From NCBI GenBank assembly GCA_951406725.2, contig OX597824.1:69936001-70000000 (forward strand): a stretch of 64,000 nucleotides of DNA. The letters are read 5' to 3'. This document shows, in pieces, positions 38,707 to 53,638 of this stretch. Below the pieces are notes generated by a model, which saw only the letters and a program-made list of their open reading frames with translations, did not search any database and had not been told where the DNA came from. The position numbers were made by a program, and so were the translations under genes. The DNA is from Octopus vulgaris. Lineage: Eukaryota. The number at the start of each line of letters is the position of its first letter. Position 1 is the first letter of the stretch.

Positions 38707-39175
38707 GGTATTTGTCGTTATTATAGTGGTTACGGTTTTGGTTGATGGAAGTGATAGCAATTGTAATGGTGGTGGTTAAGATGATTGTGGGGATAGTAGT
38801 AATGGTGGAGATGATGGTGGTGGGTGTGACGACGGTGGCGATGGTGATAATGGCGGAGATGCTGCTGATGATGATGATGATAGCCGTAATGATGTTGATG
38901 TTAATGAAGATGGTGATGACACTAGTATTAAGGTCACAAACAACATTAGTTGTGGTATTTATCATTAAACAAGAGTTACAAATGACAATTACAACAACAA
39001 CAACAACAACAACAGCAATAACAAAACAAAAACAAAAGCAATAATAATGACATCTAATAGTTTTGGGAGCTGCTCTGTCAGAAATGCTCTGTTTGTATCT
39101 ATGTGTGTGTATGTGCGTATGTGTGTAGACTATAGTTGCATCCATATAAATGCATCTGTCTATCTATCTATCTAC

Positions 39176-39208
<33 letters not shown>

Positions 39209-39271
39209 AGTCTGTCTGTCTGTCTATCTAACTATCTATCTATCTATCTATCTATCTATCTGTCTGTCTAT

Positions 39272-42150
39272 CTTAGAGGGTGAGCTAGTTAAGAAGCTAG
39301 AAGAGGCAATTAGAAGCGGCATCGCATCCGACGTTTTGGCGGCGAGGTTGGCCCTCGACCATCACTTCAACGCCAAACACGAAGGGTGTGCTGTCAGAGC
39401 TAAGATGCGTGCTCTAAGGAACGAAGGTGTTGGAGCCGCGAGAGAGGCTCGGGTGGCAGAGGCGCAACAGGGCACCAAAGCCACCATTCGGTCTCCGGTA
39501 GATGAACAGGGGCGCGAATTGATCGAGCCAAGTAAAATGTGTGAGGCCTTTCAACAGCATTTTGCCCGACTGTTCGAGACGAGTGGCGGGCAAGAACGTA
39601 GGGTGGACTTCAGTGCCTACCTACACAGCCTACCACGACTCTCAACAAGAGAGACAGGGTGCTGCGAAGGTGCCATCACGGCGGCGGAAGTGCAGAACGC
39701 GATGGCAGAATGCTCGAGGGACAAATCGCCGGGTTTGGATGGTCTACACTACGAGCTTTACAATTGTATGCCAGACTTGTTTGGAAACGTCTTGGTAGCG
39801 GTGTACTGCAACTGGCAGCAAAACGGGAGCATTCCTGGTTTTGTGAGCCGAGGAGCCGTAACACTGCTGAAGAAGGATCAAAACAAGGGAAATGTAATAG
39901 ATAACTTTAGGCCCATCACTCTGCTTAATGCAGACTTGAAAATTTTGGCCAAGGTGTTAGCCAAGAGGTTGGCGCTTGTCATCGAGAAACTGGTCGACAA
40001 CGCACAAAGGTGCGCCGTGCCGGGCCGGACCATCCATGACAACCTCCACCTGATGCGCTACATCATAGACAGGGTAGTTAACGAACCTGGCATTGATGGG
40101 GCGCTGATCAATTTGGATCAATCGAAAGCTTTCGATAGGGTATACCATCGATACTTAAAGGCAGTCCTCAAGCGGTTGGCTTCGGTCCCGTCTTCCGCGG
40201 CTGGATTGCCGCTTTGTACAGAGGCATCCGTTCGGTAATTCGAGTAAATTCGAGACCTTTCGACATCGCTTCTATACGTATTGACTCTCGAGCCACTATT
40301 GCGGAAGCTGGCAACTCTGAGGGGCATCCCGCGAGAACTGGGATGCGGGACGAGCGTGTCTGCATACGCGGACGACGTTACCGTCATAGTGTCTAGCCAC
40401 GAGCACATCGAGCAGGTCGGCGAGACACTAAAAAACTACGAAGCGGTGACAGGAGCAAAAATCAACCGGGAAAAGTCAGTGGGCTTGCGACTAGGCACCT
40501 GGAAAAGCAAGCCCATGCCGTCCACCAGCGCCTCCGTTGTGGGACGCTGGACCGACGGTCCGGTCGAGTTGCTCGGGGTCTGGTCGGTCCGGACCTCCAA
40601 ATGGAGAAGAACTGGAACGAAATAACGAGTAGGGTGGTCCCTCTCGCCCGGCAATGGGCCGAGAGGAAACTGTTCCTAAAAGGTCGGGCGGAGGTGGCGA
40701 ACACGTACTTCGCGTCCGTCATCTACTACCGCCTGACCGTCGTGCCTTGTTCCGACCCTACCATCACCAAACTAGAACGCATTCTCTTTTGCTTCTTGTG
40801 GAAAGGATGCGTCCCGATGGTCAGGCGATCCATTTGCTGTCAACACCCGTTAAAAGGAGGACTGGGCATGCCGTGGTTGATGGTGCGCAGACACGCGCTG
40901 AGACTGCGACATCTCAGGCTCTTCGTAGACGACGGTGAACAGGTGTGGTCGCCGTTTGTGAGGCACGCTTTCTCGCAGCTCGTCTCCATGACCGAACTGC
41001 AATCGTGGATCAAAAAGAGGCCGAGGAAGGGCGAATGGCACCGCGAGTGTCGCGTTGCTCTCAAGCAACTCTGCCGTCCTGGGTCAACCAAAGCATTCTA
41101 TAGGGGATTAGTGGAGGGGAGGTACGACGACGATCTTGGGGCGAACCTGGACGTCGACGAGGAATATCTGACCCGCCTGTTCGGGACGACTTTCGGGCCA
41201 GGGCCCATGGAAAACTTTCAGAGATCCCTGGCCTGGCAGTGCTACCGAGAAGCGCTACCCGTTCGGGATAAGCTCTACAGACACGGCTCGAGAAACACGG
41301 GGCCGACCTGCCCGAGATGCGGTCAGAGCGACGAAACCGTTCAGCACGCCTCGTGCAGTGTCCAACAATTTCCGACCTGTGGGCTTATGTCGAACAACTG
41401 CTGTCACGTGTGGGACGAGTCAGTTTATCAGCTGAGTCTATCGTCAATATTGTCACGCCTCCTTCCTTCAAACGGGAAGGAAGAGCTATTTTCATCATCC
41501 TTGTGGCTATAGCGAAAGAATGTATCTGGTGGACGCGTCTGAAAGGATTGGAGACAAACACTTTCCTCTCTGGTCAACCTCTCATCAACTTCTTCAAGTA
41601 CCGCTTGAAAAGGAAAGTGAGAGTAGAGAGGCAAGTTTTGTCTAGCGAACGCTTTAAAAAAAGATGGGTGAATGTAGCAAGGATGGCACGTATGAATGAC
41701 GAAACCACCTTGAGCATAATCCTATGAACCCACAAATTGAAAAGAGAGGGTTACCCACTTGCAAACAAATGTGGTAACATATAACAATATTGACCAAGGT
41801 TACCGTGGTCTTTTTCGTAGGCTTTTCTTCCCACAGATAGACCTTACTTGCTTTCCCCTTTACACCACACATCATGACACTGTGATACACGATCCCTATT
41901 GATCGTTTTTTTTGCCTCTTCCCCTTTTTTCTTCTTTTTCATTCTTCTTTTCTTTTGTTCCTTTTCCCTTTTTCTTTTTTTTCTTTTCCTTTTTTTTTCT
42001 TTTTTTCTTTTTTTTGTTCTTTTTTCCCTTTTACGATCCCTTTTGATCGAAAACCTACGCCACCTTTTTTTTTTCTCCCCCAAAAGAAAAGCTCTACCTT
42101 GTAACTTGTCCCAACTGTGTGCAAGCCTGTGTGGCCAATAAAGAAACTTA
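39272..42150 (+). mobile_element. 5'-truncated Tx1/L1-clade non-LTR retrotransposon (frameshifted RT + zinc finger, 3' UTR)
   Basis: KSPGLDGL, NFRPITLLNADLKILAKVLAKRL, AVPGRTIHDNL, LDQSKAFDRV, AYADDVTV, GAKINREKS, GGLGMP and CPRCGQSDETVQH are spread over several frames. AATAAA at ~42137. (TCTA)n on both sides. Confidence 0.92.
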
Positions 42151-42215
42151 TCTATCTGTCTGTCTGTCTGTCTATCTATCTATCGATTGATCGATCTATC
42201 TGTCTGTCTGTCTGA

Positions 42216-42277
<62 letters not shown>

Positions 42278-42313
42278 GTCTGTCAACCTGTCTGACTGCC
42301 TATTTATCTCTCC

Positions 42314-42462
<149 letters not shown>

Positions 42463-42575
42463 ACTATCTATCTATCTTTCTGACTGTCTATTTGTCTATC
42501 TATCTATCTACCTATCTATCTATATCTATGCATGTGTATGTGTGCACACGCGCGTGTGTATGTATGTATGCAGAC

Positions 42576-42751
<176 letters not shown>

Positions 42752-42893
42752 TAAGCAATAAAGGGTTTGGCAACGAATTGCCTTACCACATACCGAATTT
42801 AGAAATAGCAGTCAAAGAGTTATAGCTATTTCTTCTACTAAAAAGGGAGATCTCAGTAAAAACAGCAATTGGAAGGCAGACACAAACAGGTAA

Positions 42894-42961
<68 letters not shown>

Positions 42962-43194
42962 TCTTCTTTCTTTTCTTCTGCTCTTTTACTTGTTTCAGTC
43001 ATTTAACTGCAACCATGCTGGAGCACCGCTTTGAACGGTTCCAGTTGAGTAAATTGACCCATAGGTGTTTTTTTAAGCTTAGTACTTATTCTATCGGTCT
43101 CTTTCGCTGAACAGCAAAGTTACAGGGCCGTAAGCGCACCAACACTGGTTGTCAAGCAGTAATGGGGCAACAAACACGCAGAAAAAGACACGTG

Positions 43195-43243
<49 letters not shown>

Positions 43244-43244
43244 C

Positions 43245-43318
<74 letters not shown>

Positions 43319-44406
43319 TGGTGGTAGTCGTCATGTTTGAGGTGGTGGCAGTGGTAATGGTGGTCTGGTCATATGACTGTGATGAGAGAGATGCCGTCTG
43401 ATGATCGTGGCCAAATATCTATATCCAAGTACCTACCGTCGTTGTCATTGCCATATTTTCTACAATTTTTTTTTTCTTTTTGTTTTGTTTTCTCAATTCC
43501 TTAACTTTTTCCTGGTCGAAATATTGGTATATTTTCCATTGGACATTACTGCAGACTTTTCTTATGTCCGAAAATGATACATTCGATTTTACCAGAACTA
43601 AGATAACAAGTTTATCAAAAGCTGTGGGCAAATGTGTTTTTGCAACTAGTAGTCAGAGTCGATGTTCGCACAGATATTAATGGGTACTCAAAATGTTAAT
43701 TATCTAAAATAATGTTGTAATTAATAATCATATTTATTATATAGTCGGTACACAAATATTTTGTGAAAAGAAAATATTTACACAAGATTTCTCCGCATAT
43801 TGACTATCAAAAATTACAAACAACATTGCTGGGAAGCCAGACAAGATACTAACAATTGCATCATTATACTGTTTGTAGTGTCTGCACTTAATCGTAAACT
43901 GTTTTTCTTTTTTTTTTTTTTGCCATTATTTACTTCATAGAAGGCAGTGAGCCGCCAGAATCGTCAGCACGCCGGTCGAAATGCTTAGCGGCATTTCGTC
44001 CGTCTTTACGTTCTGAGTTCAAATTCCGCCGAGGTCGAATTCGCCCTTAATCCTTTTGGAGTCAATAAATTGAGTACCAGTGAAAAACTAGGGTCGATGT
44101 AATCGGCTAGTCCCTTCCCCCGCAAAGTTCAGGTCTAGCGTCCTTAGTAGAAAGGATTATTTACTTCAGAGAAAGCAGCGAGCTGACAGCCGGACAAAAT
44201 GCTTAGTAATTTTTTGTCTTTATATTCTGAGTTCAAATTCTGCCGAGATTGACTTTGTTTTCAACCTTTTTGGAGTCGATAAAATACGGACTAGTTGAGC
44301 AATGGGGCCGATGTAATCGACCGGGACCCTCTTGTCAAATTGTGCCTACACTGAAGAGGATTATTTGCTTCATAGAAGAGTAGTAGGGTGGTGGGGAGAT
44401 GCATTC

Positions 44407-44929
44407 TACACAGTGTTCCAAAAGTCACTGACGGGTTTCAATTTTTAATAACTTTCTTAACTTTACAAATTAATGCATGAAATTTGATTTAATATAAAAG
44501 ACATAATGTAAATTAATATGTACAAGTAAAATTTTGCTGCACCACATTATCACATGTGAAAAATGACATCGCTTAAATGGCAGCCATTTTCAGCTTCGCA
44601 CACCCGTCCTCTTTCCAAAACTTGCACCATAAGACCCTCAAGAGTTTCTGACCCCACTTCTCTGATTTCTCTGCTGATGTTTTCCAGGGTCTCCGGTTTG
44701 TTGATGTAAACCCTCTCTTTCAGGTATCACCATAAGAAAAATCCAGGCTAGTTAAGTCTGGGGAACGTGAAGGCAATTCAAAGTAGATCTCACACGTGTT
44801 TCCAGCAAGATGGGACAACTGCTCATACCGCAAGAGAAACAATGCAGTTGCTACGGCAGTGCTTTGGCGAGAGAATAATCTCCCGTTACGGCAATGTCAA
44901 CTGGCCTTCGAGTATCATTCACCCTGTAT
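44407..44929. mobile_element. Tc1/mariner (DD41D-like) transposon relic with internal inversion
   Basis: Plus strand ~44799-44910: FQQDGTTAHTARETMQLLRQCFGERIISRYGNVNWPS. Minus strand from 44773: PSRSPDLTSLDFFLW*YLKERVYINKPETLE...ENGCHL. TIR-like ends tacacagtgttcc and caccctgta. Confidence 0.8.
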
Positions 44930-44936
44930 CATTTAA

Positions 44937-45330
44937 CCAGCAGTATCGCCCGGCGTTGCTCGGGGTTGTTTCGACCCTTTAGAATTGGAATCTTTGAAAA
45001 GTAAAATGTTTACATTATGTAGCTTGTTATTCTCTTTGAGTGAACATTTTTCTGGTTGAAATACACCGAAAAATGGCGACACAGCAGTCGAAAAATCGTA
45101 AAAAATAAGGCTTTTCATAGAAAAAAAAAGCACCTTTTTGATGTAAATACTTTTTGGTGTTAACATGGTCCGATTGGAATATTTTCTTCTACGGAAGAAA
45201 GAGCAAGTCTTCTTCTATCATACTCTCAATTTTGGTCAACTTGCGCCGCAGAGTCTCGGAGGAGATAGTGTTAGTTGAAGGCTACCAAACCTGCCATATA
45301 CAGACAACTTCGGCTTTATATATAGAGAGA
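44937..45330 (-). mobile_element. Non-autonomous Helitron
   Basis: Minus strand begins A|TCTCTCTATATATAAAG and ends with hairpin CCCGAGC-AAC-GCCGGG followed by CTGG|T. This fits 5'-TC, 3'-CTRR and insertion between A and T. Confidence 0.7.
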
Positions 45331-46130
45331 TAACAAACATTACCGAATTTTTTCTGTCTCTTTATGTCCTTCCGAGGTTAATTTTTATTTTGCTCAATTC
45401 GTAATCAATAAGATAAAGTACCAGTCAAATAATGGAGTGGCCGAAATCTTGTTCTAGCGATTTTGCTAGCTCGGTCCCTTAACTAAGTGAATAATAAACT
45501 TTTCTATTATTGGTATAAGGACTGAAATTTTGCGGGTGGGAGCTAGTCGATTACGTCAACCCAAATACTCAACAGGTACTCAACCGCAAAAGGATGAATA
45601 GCAAAGTCAACCTCGACGGAATATGAGCACAGAATATAAAACAGACGAAATGCCGCAGAGCATTTTTGTCTGGCATGCTAAGGATTCTGCGAGTAGACCG
45701 GGTTCGTTAAAGCTATAGAATAATAGCGTATAAATATCGGGCTTTCAAAAAGCAAATGCCTTGGATGGAGAAGAGTGTATATTTATGTTCTCGATTAAAG
45801 ATGGAAGGGTGCCCTTCCTTAACACAATATTTGAATGCTATCATTTATAGCTTTATCTATTTCGAATTACACACTGTTAAAAAACAGGCCTCTCGAAGTT
45901 CCTTCATTTTATCAAGCTATCTAATTATCCATCGATCTATCGATCTATCAACCTATATGTGTGTGTATGTATGTGTGTGTTTCATTCTTCCCGACCGTTA
46001 AACTAATACACCTGCTTGTTGCTCCGTCACCTGTCTTCATTTTGTTGTTTTCTGTAAATTTGAACTATATATATATATATATATAAATGTTCTGAAATCT
46101 TTCACAGCCTTCGATTTTTATTTCATTCTG

Positions 46131-46170
<40 letters not shown>

Positions 46171-46239
46171 TACATATATATACAATAGTGGTAGAATCAA
46201 CACAGAAGTACATCATCCAACTGAGAGATAAATGTCTGC

Positions 46240-46559
<320 letters not shown>

Positions 46560-46566
46560 TTCTACT

Positions 46567-46790
46567 AGGCGACGAGCTGGCAGTAGCACGCCGGGCGAAA
46601 TGCGAAGCCGTATTTCGTCTGCCGAACGTTCTGAGTTCAAATTCCGCCGAGGTCGACTTTGCCTTTCATCCTTTCGGGGTCGATAAATTAAGTACCAGTT
46701 ACGCACTGGGGTCGATATAATCGACTAAATCCGTTTGCCTGTCCTTGTTTGTCCTCTCTGTGTTTAGCCCCTTGTGGGTAGTAAAGAAAT
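46567..46790 (+). mobile_element. SINE family B; representative copy
   Basis: gagctggcag...gagttcaaattccgccgaggtcgactttgcctttcatcctttcggggtcgataaattaagtacc. Other copies lie near 18160-18605(-), 38365-38551(+), 43940-44360(+), 45500-45700(-) and 49455-49580(+). Confidence 0.88.
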
Positions 46791-46802
46791 GCATATTCTT
46801 CT

Positions 46803-47134
46803 ACTCTTTTACTTGTTTCAGTCATTTGACTGCGGCCATTCTGGAACACCGCCTTTAGTCGAGCAAAGTGACCCCAGCACTTATTCTTTTTTAGCTTAGT
46901 ACTTATTCTATCGGTCTTTTGCTGAACCGCTAGGTTACGGGGACGTAAACTCACCAACATCGGTTGTCAAGCAATGTTGGGCAGACAAACACAGACATAC
47001 AAACATATACACACACGTACATATATATACATACATATATACGACGGGCTTCTTTCATTTTCCATCAATCAAATCCACTCACAAGGCTTTGGTCGGCCCG
47101 AGGCTATAGTTGAAGATACTTGCCCAAGGTGCCA
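46803..47134 (-). mobile_element. SINE family A (head truncated)
   Basis: Reverse-complement similarity to 13007-13428. Confidence 0.85.
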
Positions 47135-47311
<177 letters not shown>

Positions 47312-47377
47312 TAAATTTACTCTGCTATGTATTGAGTACCTTATTTACTGTGGTTAACCCCGACTCAACCCAGGACC

Positions 47378-47437
<60 letters not shown>

Positions 47438-47485
47438 TATATATTTATTTCTATATACATGTCCATGTGTGTGTGTTTGTTTGAT

Positions 47486-47548
<63 letters not shown>

Positions 47549-47705
47549 TCGTGTATCTGTTTTTACAAGCACGTTAATGAGAGAGAGACGGACAAACATA
47601 AAGACTGAAAGAAAAATCATTTCTACTAAACTTCAATTGGAAGTACACCCTTTATGCTTATCTTTTTCAGTTTTTTAATGTTTACTGCAAATATGAATAC
47701 ATATG

Positions 47706-47799
<94 letters not shown>

Positions 47800-48120
47800 T
47801 ATTCGTATATATATGTATTATAGATTATACATATGAGTACACGTATATATATATATATGTGTATGTTGTTTGTGTGTGGGGTGTATGTATAGTCTTTAAT
47901 TAATACAAACGCGTATCCACCGACTCTTAAGAACAAGATTAGGCAATATTCTAATTAAGTAATCCTTCGTCTTTAATCAAGGACTATATTCCCCCACACC
48001 CACCCACAAAACCCACAAGCTCCCACAATCCTCACAAAATGAAAACAACTATATTGTATCTTCTTTGCAAAATTATATTCTTTAAATATTTACTAATTTA
48101 TTTCATGTAGATATATACAC

Positions 48121-48175
<55 letters not shown>

Positions 48176-48386
48176 TGTGTGTATGTATGTTTTATACGCA
48201 TACGCGTAATTATAAGCATGCATACATATATAGGTATGTATATATTTATATATATATGAATATCCATATGTGTATGCATGTTTGTATACATATATAAGTG
48301 TGTCAGTGTGTGTATACATACTTACATACATATGCATATATATATATACATACATACATATATATATATATACTTATATATATACA

Positions 48387-48433
<47 letters not shown>

Positions 48434-48442
48434 TATGCATAT

Positions 48443-48523
<81 letters not shown>

Positions 48524-49384
48524 TATATACAGATCTCACATACACTCATTCGAGTGCTCGTATAACTATGTATAAATGTATGTGTCTTTATGTCAGTATG
48601 TGTGCGTGTATGTATGTATGTATGTGTCTGTGTCTGTGTCAGTGTGTGTGCGTGTGTTTATGTGTACGTGTGTGTTATGTAAAGGATTAAGTTCGTTTTA
48701 AGATATTAAACGAAAAGATTACAAAGACACTAGTCTGCCAACCTAATTGGTTTGCAGTATTTTCATTGGTTTATAATCTTTTGTTGCAGTTTCAAATCGC
48801 ATCTCGGCAAAATCTGTTTAATCAATATAATTTTCATACCTGTAATATACTACGGCATACTAAACTGACTTCTTTGTTTTTACTTTTTATTGTTGTTTAA
48901 CCGCAAGTTTGATGTGATCAGGCCGTCCTATGAACTAACGTCTTTTTAATTGCGACTATCTCGTCTTTTTGTATATCAGAGATCACATGACGCAATCAGT
49001 TATAATGGTAATGATGTTGCTGTCGACGCTCCTTTCGGCCCAAGCTCTAATCAAACTAAGGCGTTCCATCTGTAGCCGTTTCCTATCTCGTGTTTCCTTC
49101 AGTTGTATTATCATTCGATCCTATGTATGCTATTGGACGTCGTACAATCGATCATTTTATAGAATCATCTACACATCCGACCTCCCTGAATGTCGCAATT
49201 TTTTTTTTTACAGGAACGTACTACTACCCTTATCTTCGAATTTGAAGCTGTCAATATGGTTACGTAAGCGGACCTTAAAAATTGTTGCTTGATCCACCTA
49301 CGTAAACATAATTTGATAGCCTTGTAGAAATCACACATTTGAAGACAATATTGCAAATTAAACGTCTATAATATACGCTTAACC

Positions 49385-49436
<52 letters not shown>

Positions 49437-49806
49437 GCACACTCACACACACAGTGGCATATCGTCCGTCTTTGCGTCCTGAGTTCAAATCCCCGCGAGG
49501 TCGATATTGCCTTTCATCTTTTCAACATTGATGAAATAACTACCAGTTGAACACTGCGATCGCTGTAATCGACTATCCCCATATATATAGCGAAATGCTC
49601 CATGCACGCTTCTATTCTTGAAACAGCTGTAAGGATCTCTCTGCACTCCTTGCTTCCTGATTTCTTATGCCCTACTCTATTTTGACAACTCAACAATTAC
49701 GTTTATATATATGTCTTGACCTAAAACGACACCAGTTGTTTACGTGTTAATGCTTTCATTTTATCGTACACATACATACATACATGCATACATACATATA
49801 TAATGG

Positions 49807-49889
<83 letters not shown>

Positions 49890-50258
49890 TATGTGTGTGT
49901 GTGTGTGTGTGTGTGCCTGCGTGTGTGTGTGTAAAATGGATTTGTCAATTTTACATTCTTATGGCAATAGAAAGCGCTATCTTATTACTCTGGTACCCCT
50001 TTACATGGATTGCAGAAGGTAATTTTGACGGAATTATGATATTTAACTTTTAACCACGGACCGAACACAGTGATGCTAAGAGGTTGGATACGAACCACCA
50101 GCCTCTGGCTTGACTGTGGATTTGCTAACCACTGGGTCAAATACGTTCTCTCGCAACTACTCAGAATCCGTTGTCATTTACTGAATCGACGACGGAGCCT
50201 GGAGATAGAAACTTCAAATTCTTCAGTTTACTAAAATTAGTTGCTATAATGCCCTCAA

Positions 50259-50326
50259 ATCCTAGTCCAACCAACTTCGTTCTCATCATCATCATCATCG
50301 TCATAATAATGATAATAATAATAATG

Positions 50327-50373
<47 letters not shown>

Positions 50374-50751
50374 TAAATAATAATAATTAGATAATAATAA
50401 TAATATCGTCGTCGTTATCATGGCAATCTTTATGTTCATCTTCCTTTATGTTCATCCTCCTTCTCCTTCAACTTATGTTCATCGTTATAATCATCATCGT
50501 CATTATCATCATCATCATCCTAGTCCAACTAGCTTCGTTCTCATCATCATTTTCGTCGTCGTCATCATCATCCTCATCATCATCATCATCATCATCGTTA
50601 TTATCAATATCGTCGTCGTCGTAGCAATCTGTGTTCATCTTCCTTTATGTTCATCCTTCAACTTACCTTCATCGTTATAATCATCATCGTGATTATCATC
50701 ATCATCATCCTAGTCCAACCAGCTTCATTCTCATCATCATTTTCGTCGTCG

Positions 50752-50792
<41 letters not shown>

Positions 50793-50905
50793 GTTATCAT
50801 CAATATCGTCGTCGTCGTCGTCGTGGCAATCTTCGTGTTCATCTTCCTCCTCCTTCTCCTTCAACTTACCTTCATCGTTATAATCATCATCATCGTCATT
50901 ATCCT
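50259..50905. repeat. Compound minisatellite: three ~190-260-nt units with variable (ATC)n/(ATA)n/(GTC)n cores
   Basis: tcctagtccaac...ttctcatcatcat recurs at ~50260, 50518 and 50708. Confidence 0.8.
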
Positions 50906-51082
50906 CTTAATTATTACCATCGTCATAATCGCTGTCATCGTTGTCGTCGCCGTCGTTGTCAACGTTAGTGTAGCCGTCCTCCACTTCCTCTTCCTCATAC
51001 CACTCCTGCTCCACCCCCTCCTTAACATTATTATTGTCATTAAAGTCGTCTCGTCGTCGTCCTCCTCCTCCTCACCCTCCTC

Positions 51083-51169
<87 letters not shown>

Positions 51170-51864
51170 GTGAACAACAACTATCATCGTCGTCAACTAT
51201 CGCGTTCTCATTGTCATTGCCATCGTAATTGTCATCAACACCTCCACCACCACTACCACCACCACCACCAATACCACCACTAAGAGCGACAACAACAACA
51301 ACACTGCTTGTCAGGGAAGTGATCAGAAACTCGTGTTGAAGATTGATTGTCTCACCCATAGCGATGGGCGTTCATCATGCACCATTAATTTGGTTCATTG
51401 CACCACCGCCACCGCCACCGCCACCACCACCAACACTAACACTACCACTCACAGTACAACCAACAACACCACTACCACCACCACCACCACCACCACCACC
51501 ACCGCCGCCGCCGCCGCCACTAACATCTGTGTTAAGATCGTCATCAACACTGCCACCACCAACAACAACAACAGTTGTAGCATCACAATTCACACACCAC
51601 CAATAGGCCACCGACACACGCCACCACCATTTTCACCGCGTGTATATGTGTGTTATACTCATTAACACTTCATCTAAACAGCGAAGTGCTTTCCTTCTCC
51701 TTTCCTCCGTTCTCCTTCTCTTCATTCCTTTAAATTATCACACCCTCTTTATTTTATATATTTATTAATTTTCTCCTTACTGCTTCCATTCATTAATCAT
51801 TTATTCATCAATCGTTTTTATCACTTATTCATTAATCCCATTCTACCATTTCTTCGATCTCCTC

Positions 51865-52100
51865 TCGAACGATTCGGCAAACACCTCGACCATGTCCTGG
51901 GAGGGTATAGGGTGCATGGTTACCCGTTTCTGGCTCCACATGGAGACAGCACAATGCCAAAGCAAAACTGACCTTAGGAACTTGGAACGTGAGAACCCTT
52001 TTGGACACTGACAACTCTGGCAAACCCGAAAGACAAACTATCCTCATCTCGAAAGAACTCGCCCGGCTCCACGTCGACATTGCTGCACTGAATGAAACGA
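51865..52100 (+). mobile_element. RTE/BovB-like LINE AP endonuclease N-terminal fragment
   Basis: LTLGTWNVRTLLDTDNSGKPERQTILISKELARLHVDIAALNET. Confidence 0.8.
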
Positions 52101-52568
52101 TTAAGTATTATCCTTTATATATTTTCATTCCTTCATTGACAACTTATTCCCGTTTCTTCTGTTATGCAATAAATTTCTGTCATGCATTCAATCAATCATT
52201 ATTCGTTGACTCATTCAATCACTCACCAAATTTATGCTGGGATCTAACCATTTCTGATTATCATTACTCAAGAAGTAATACAACATATCACAAGGCCTCT
52301 GTGCTTTGTTGAGAGGAAGGCCGGAAGTTGTCTTTTATCTTTTACCTTTCATCTTCTATTTGCTTCAGTGATTAGACTGCGCCCTTGCTGGGGCACTACC
52401 TTGAAGAATTTTTAGCGCATTGAATCGGCCCCAGTACTTATATTTTGTTAAGACTAGTGCTTATTTTAACGGGATCTTTTGCCGAACCGCTAAGTTTACG
52501 GGACGTAAACACTCCGACACCAGCTATCGATCGGTGGTGGCGAAGAAAGACGCACACACTACATACGA

Positions 52569-52604
<36 letters not shown>

Positions 52605-53439
52605 CGGACTTCTTTCAGCTTCCATCTACCAAGTCCACTCACAAAGCTTGGGTTGACCCGGAGCTATAGTAGAAGACATTTCCCAAGGTGCCATGCAGTG
52701 GGACTCAATGGGAAACTATGTGGTTGTGAAGCAAGCTTCTTACCACACAACCACGCCAGCGCCTACATGATCCCGAAGCTATTCAAGAAAGCCGACTCCG
52801 CCGCAGACATCGAAAGTAGTCAGGTGGTAGTGTAGAGTGTGCATTTATAAATATATATATATATTCACATTCATATTCGTATGTATATATGTATGTATAT
52901 ATCGTTTTATATACTTTAGAGACAAAGACAAAATTTGTTTAATATGGGGAAATTTCATTGTTCCTAAAATGGCTCAGTATAATTGTAATCCTACTCAATT
53001 GAACAGGCATAGTCCAAAGTCCAGTGCAAAGTAAGACAGATAGCTTGAATGGCAGGCTAGCCGACCATTTATTCTGGAACGCTGAGGCGTGGTAGTCATA
53101 GAGAGGGGAGTGAAGGAAGGTTGTAATGAAAGCAATGAGGAGAAGGACTTTGGTGAGGTAGCAGGAGGATTTTTTGTGTTTTTTTTTATCAATATAATTC
53201 CTTGTTGAACATATTTCTAGCCTTCCCACTTCTGAGAAAAACAGCATTAACCCAGACGATTAAAAATGAACACGCTTCATTAAATCATTTTGTCCCGGAT
53301 AGAGATTTATATCCATCCTCTCGTAGCTTTCTGCTAAATGTTAACTGGTCGCAGTGAGTATCGCTTTTCAAGATGGACTGGGAAAGTAAATGATCGCAAA
53401 GCAAATGCTACTCGTAAAAAAGACTACGATATAGTACTA

Positions 53440-53638
53440 TTCGAGGGGTGTTGAAAAGTTTCCGGCTTTGGGTAATGAATTATGATTTTATTCAGCGTAT
53501 CCCACTCTCAGATTCACTCACTTATTTCAGTGGTCCTTTACATTTTCTAAGCCCTGTAAAAGAACTCGGAAGTTTGGGTCTCTAACCAGGCCTTTCGCGA
53601 TACCCTTAAAACCAAGAAATTTTCAGTATCCACTCGTA
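53440..53638. mobile_element. mariner-derived MITE
   Basis: Imperfect TIRs cgaggggtgttgaaaagtttccggcttt / aaaaccaagaaattttcagtatccactcg-ta. Confidence 0.65.

Noticed and set aside
52939-53247. Non-repetitive minus-strand ORFs with an acceptor-like site near 53232
   Set aside because: No recognisable protein or supporting donor site; insufficient evidence.
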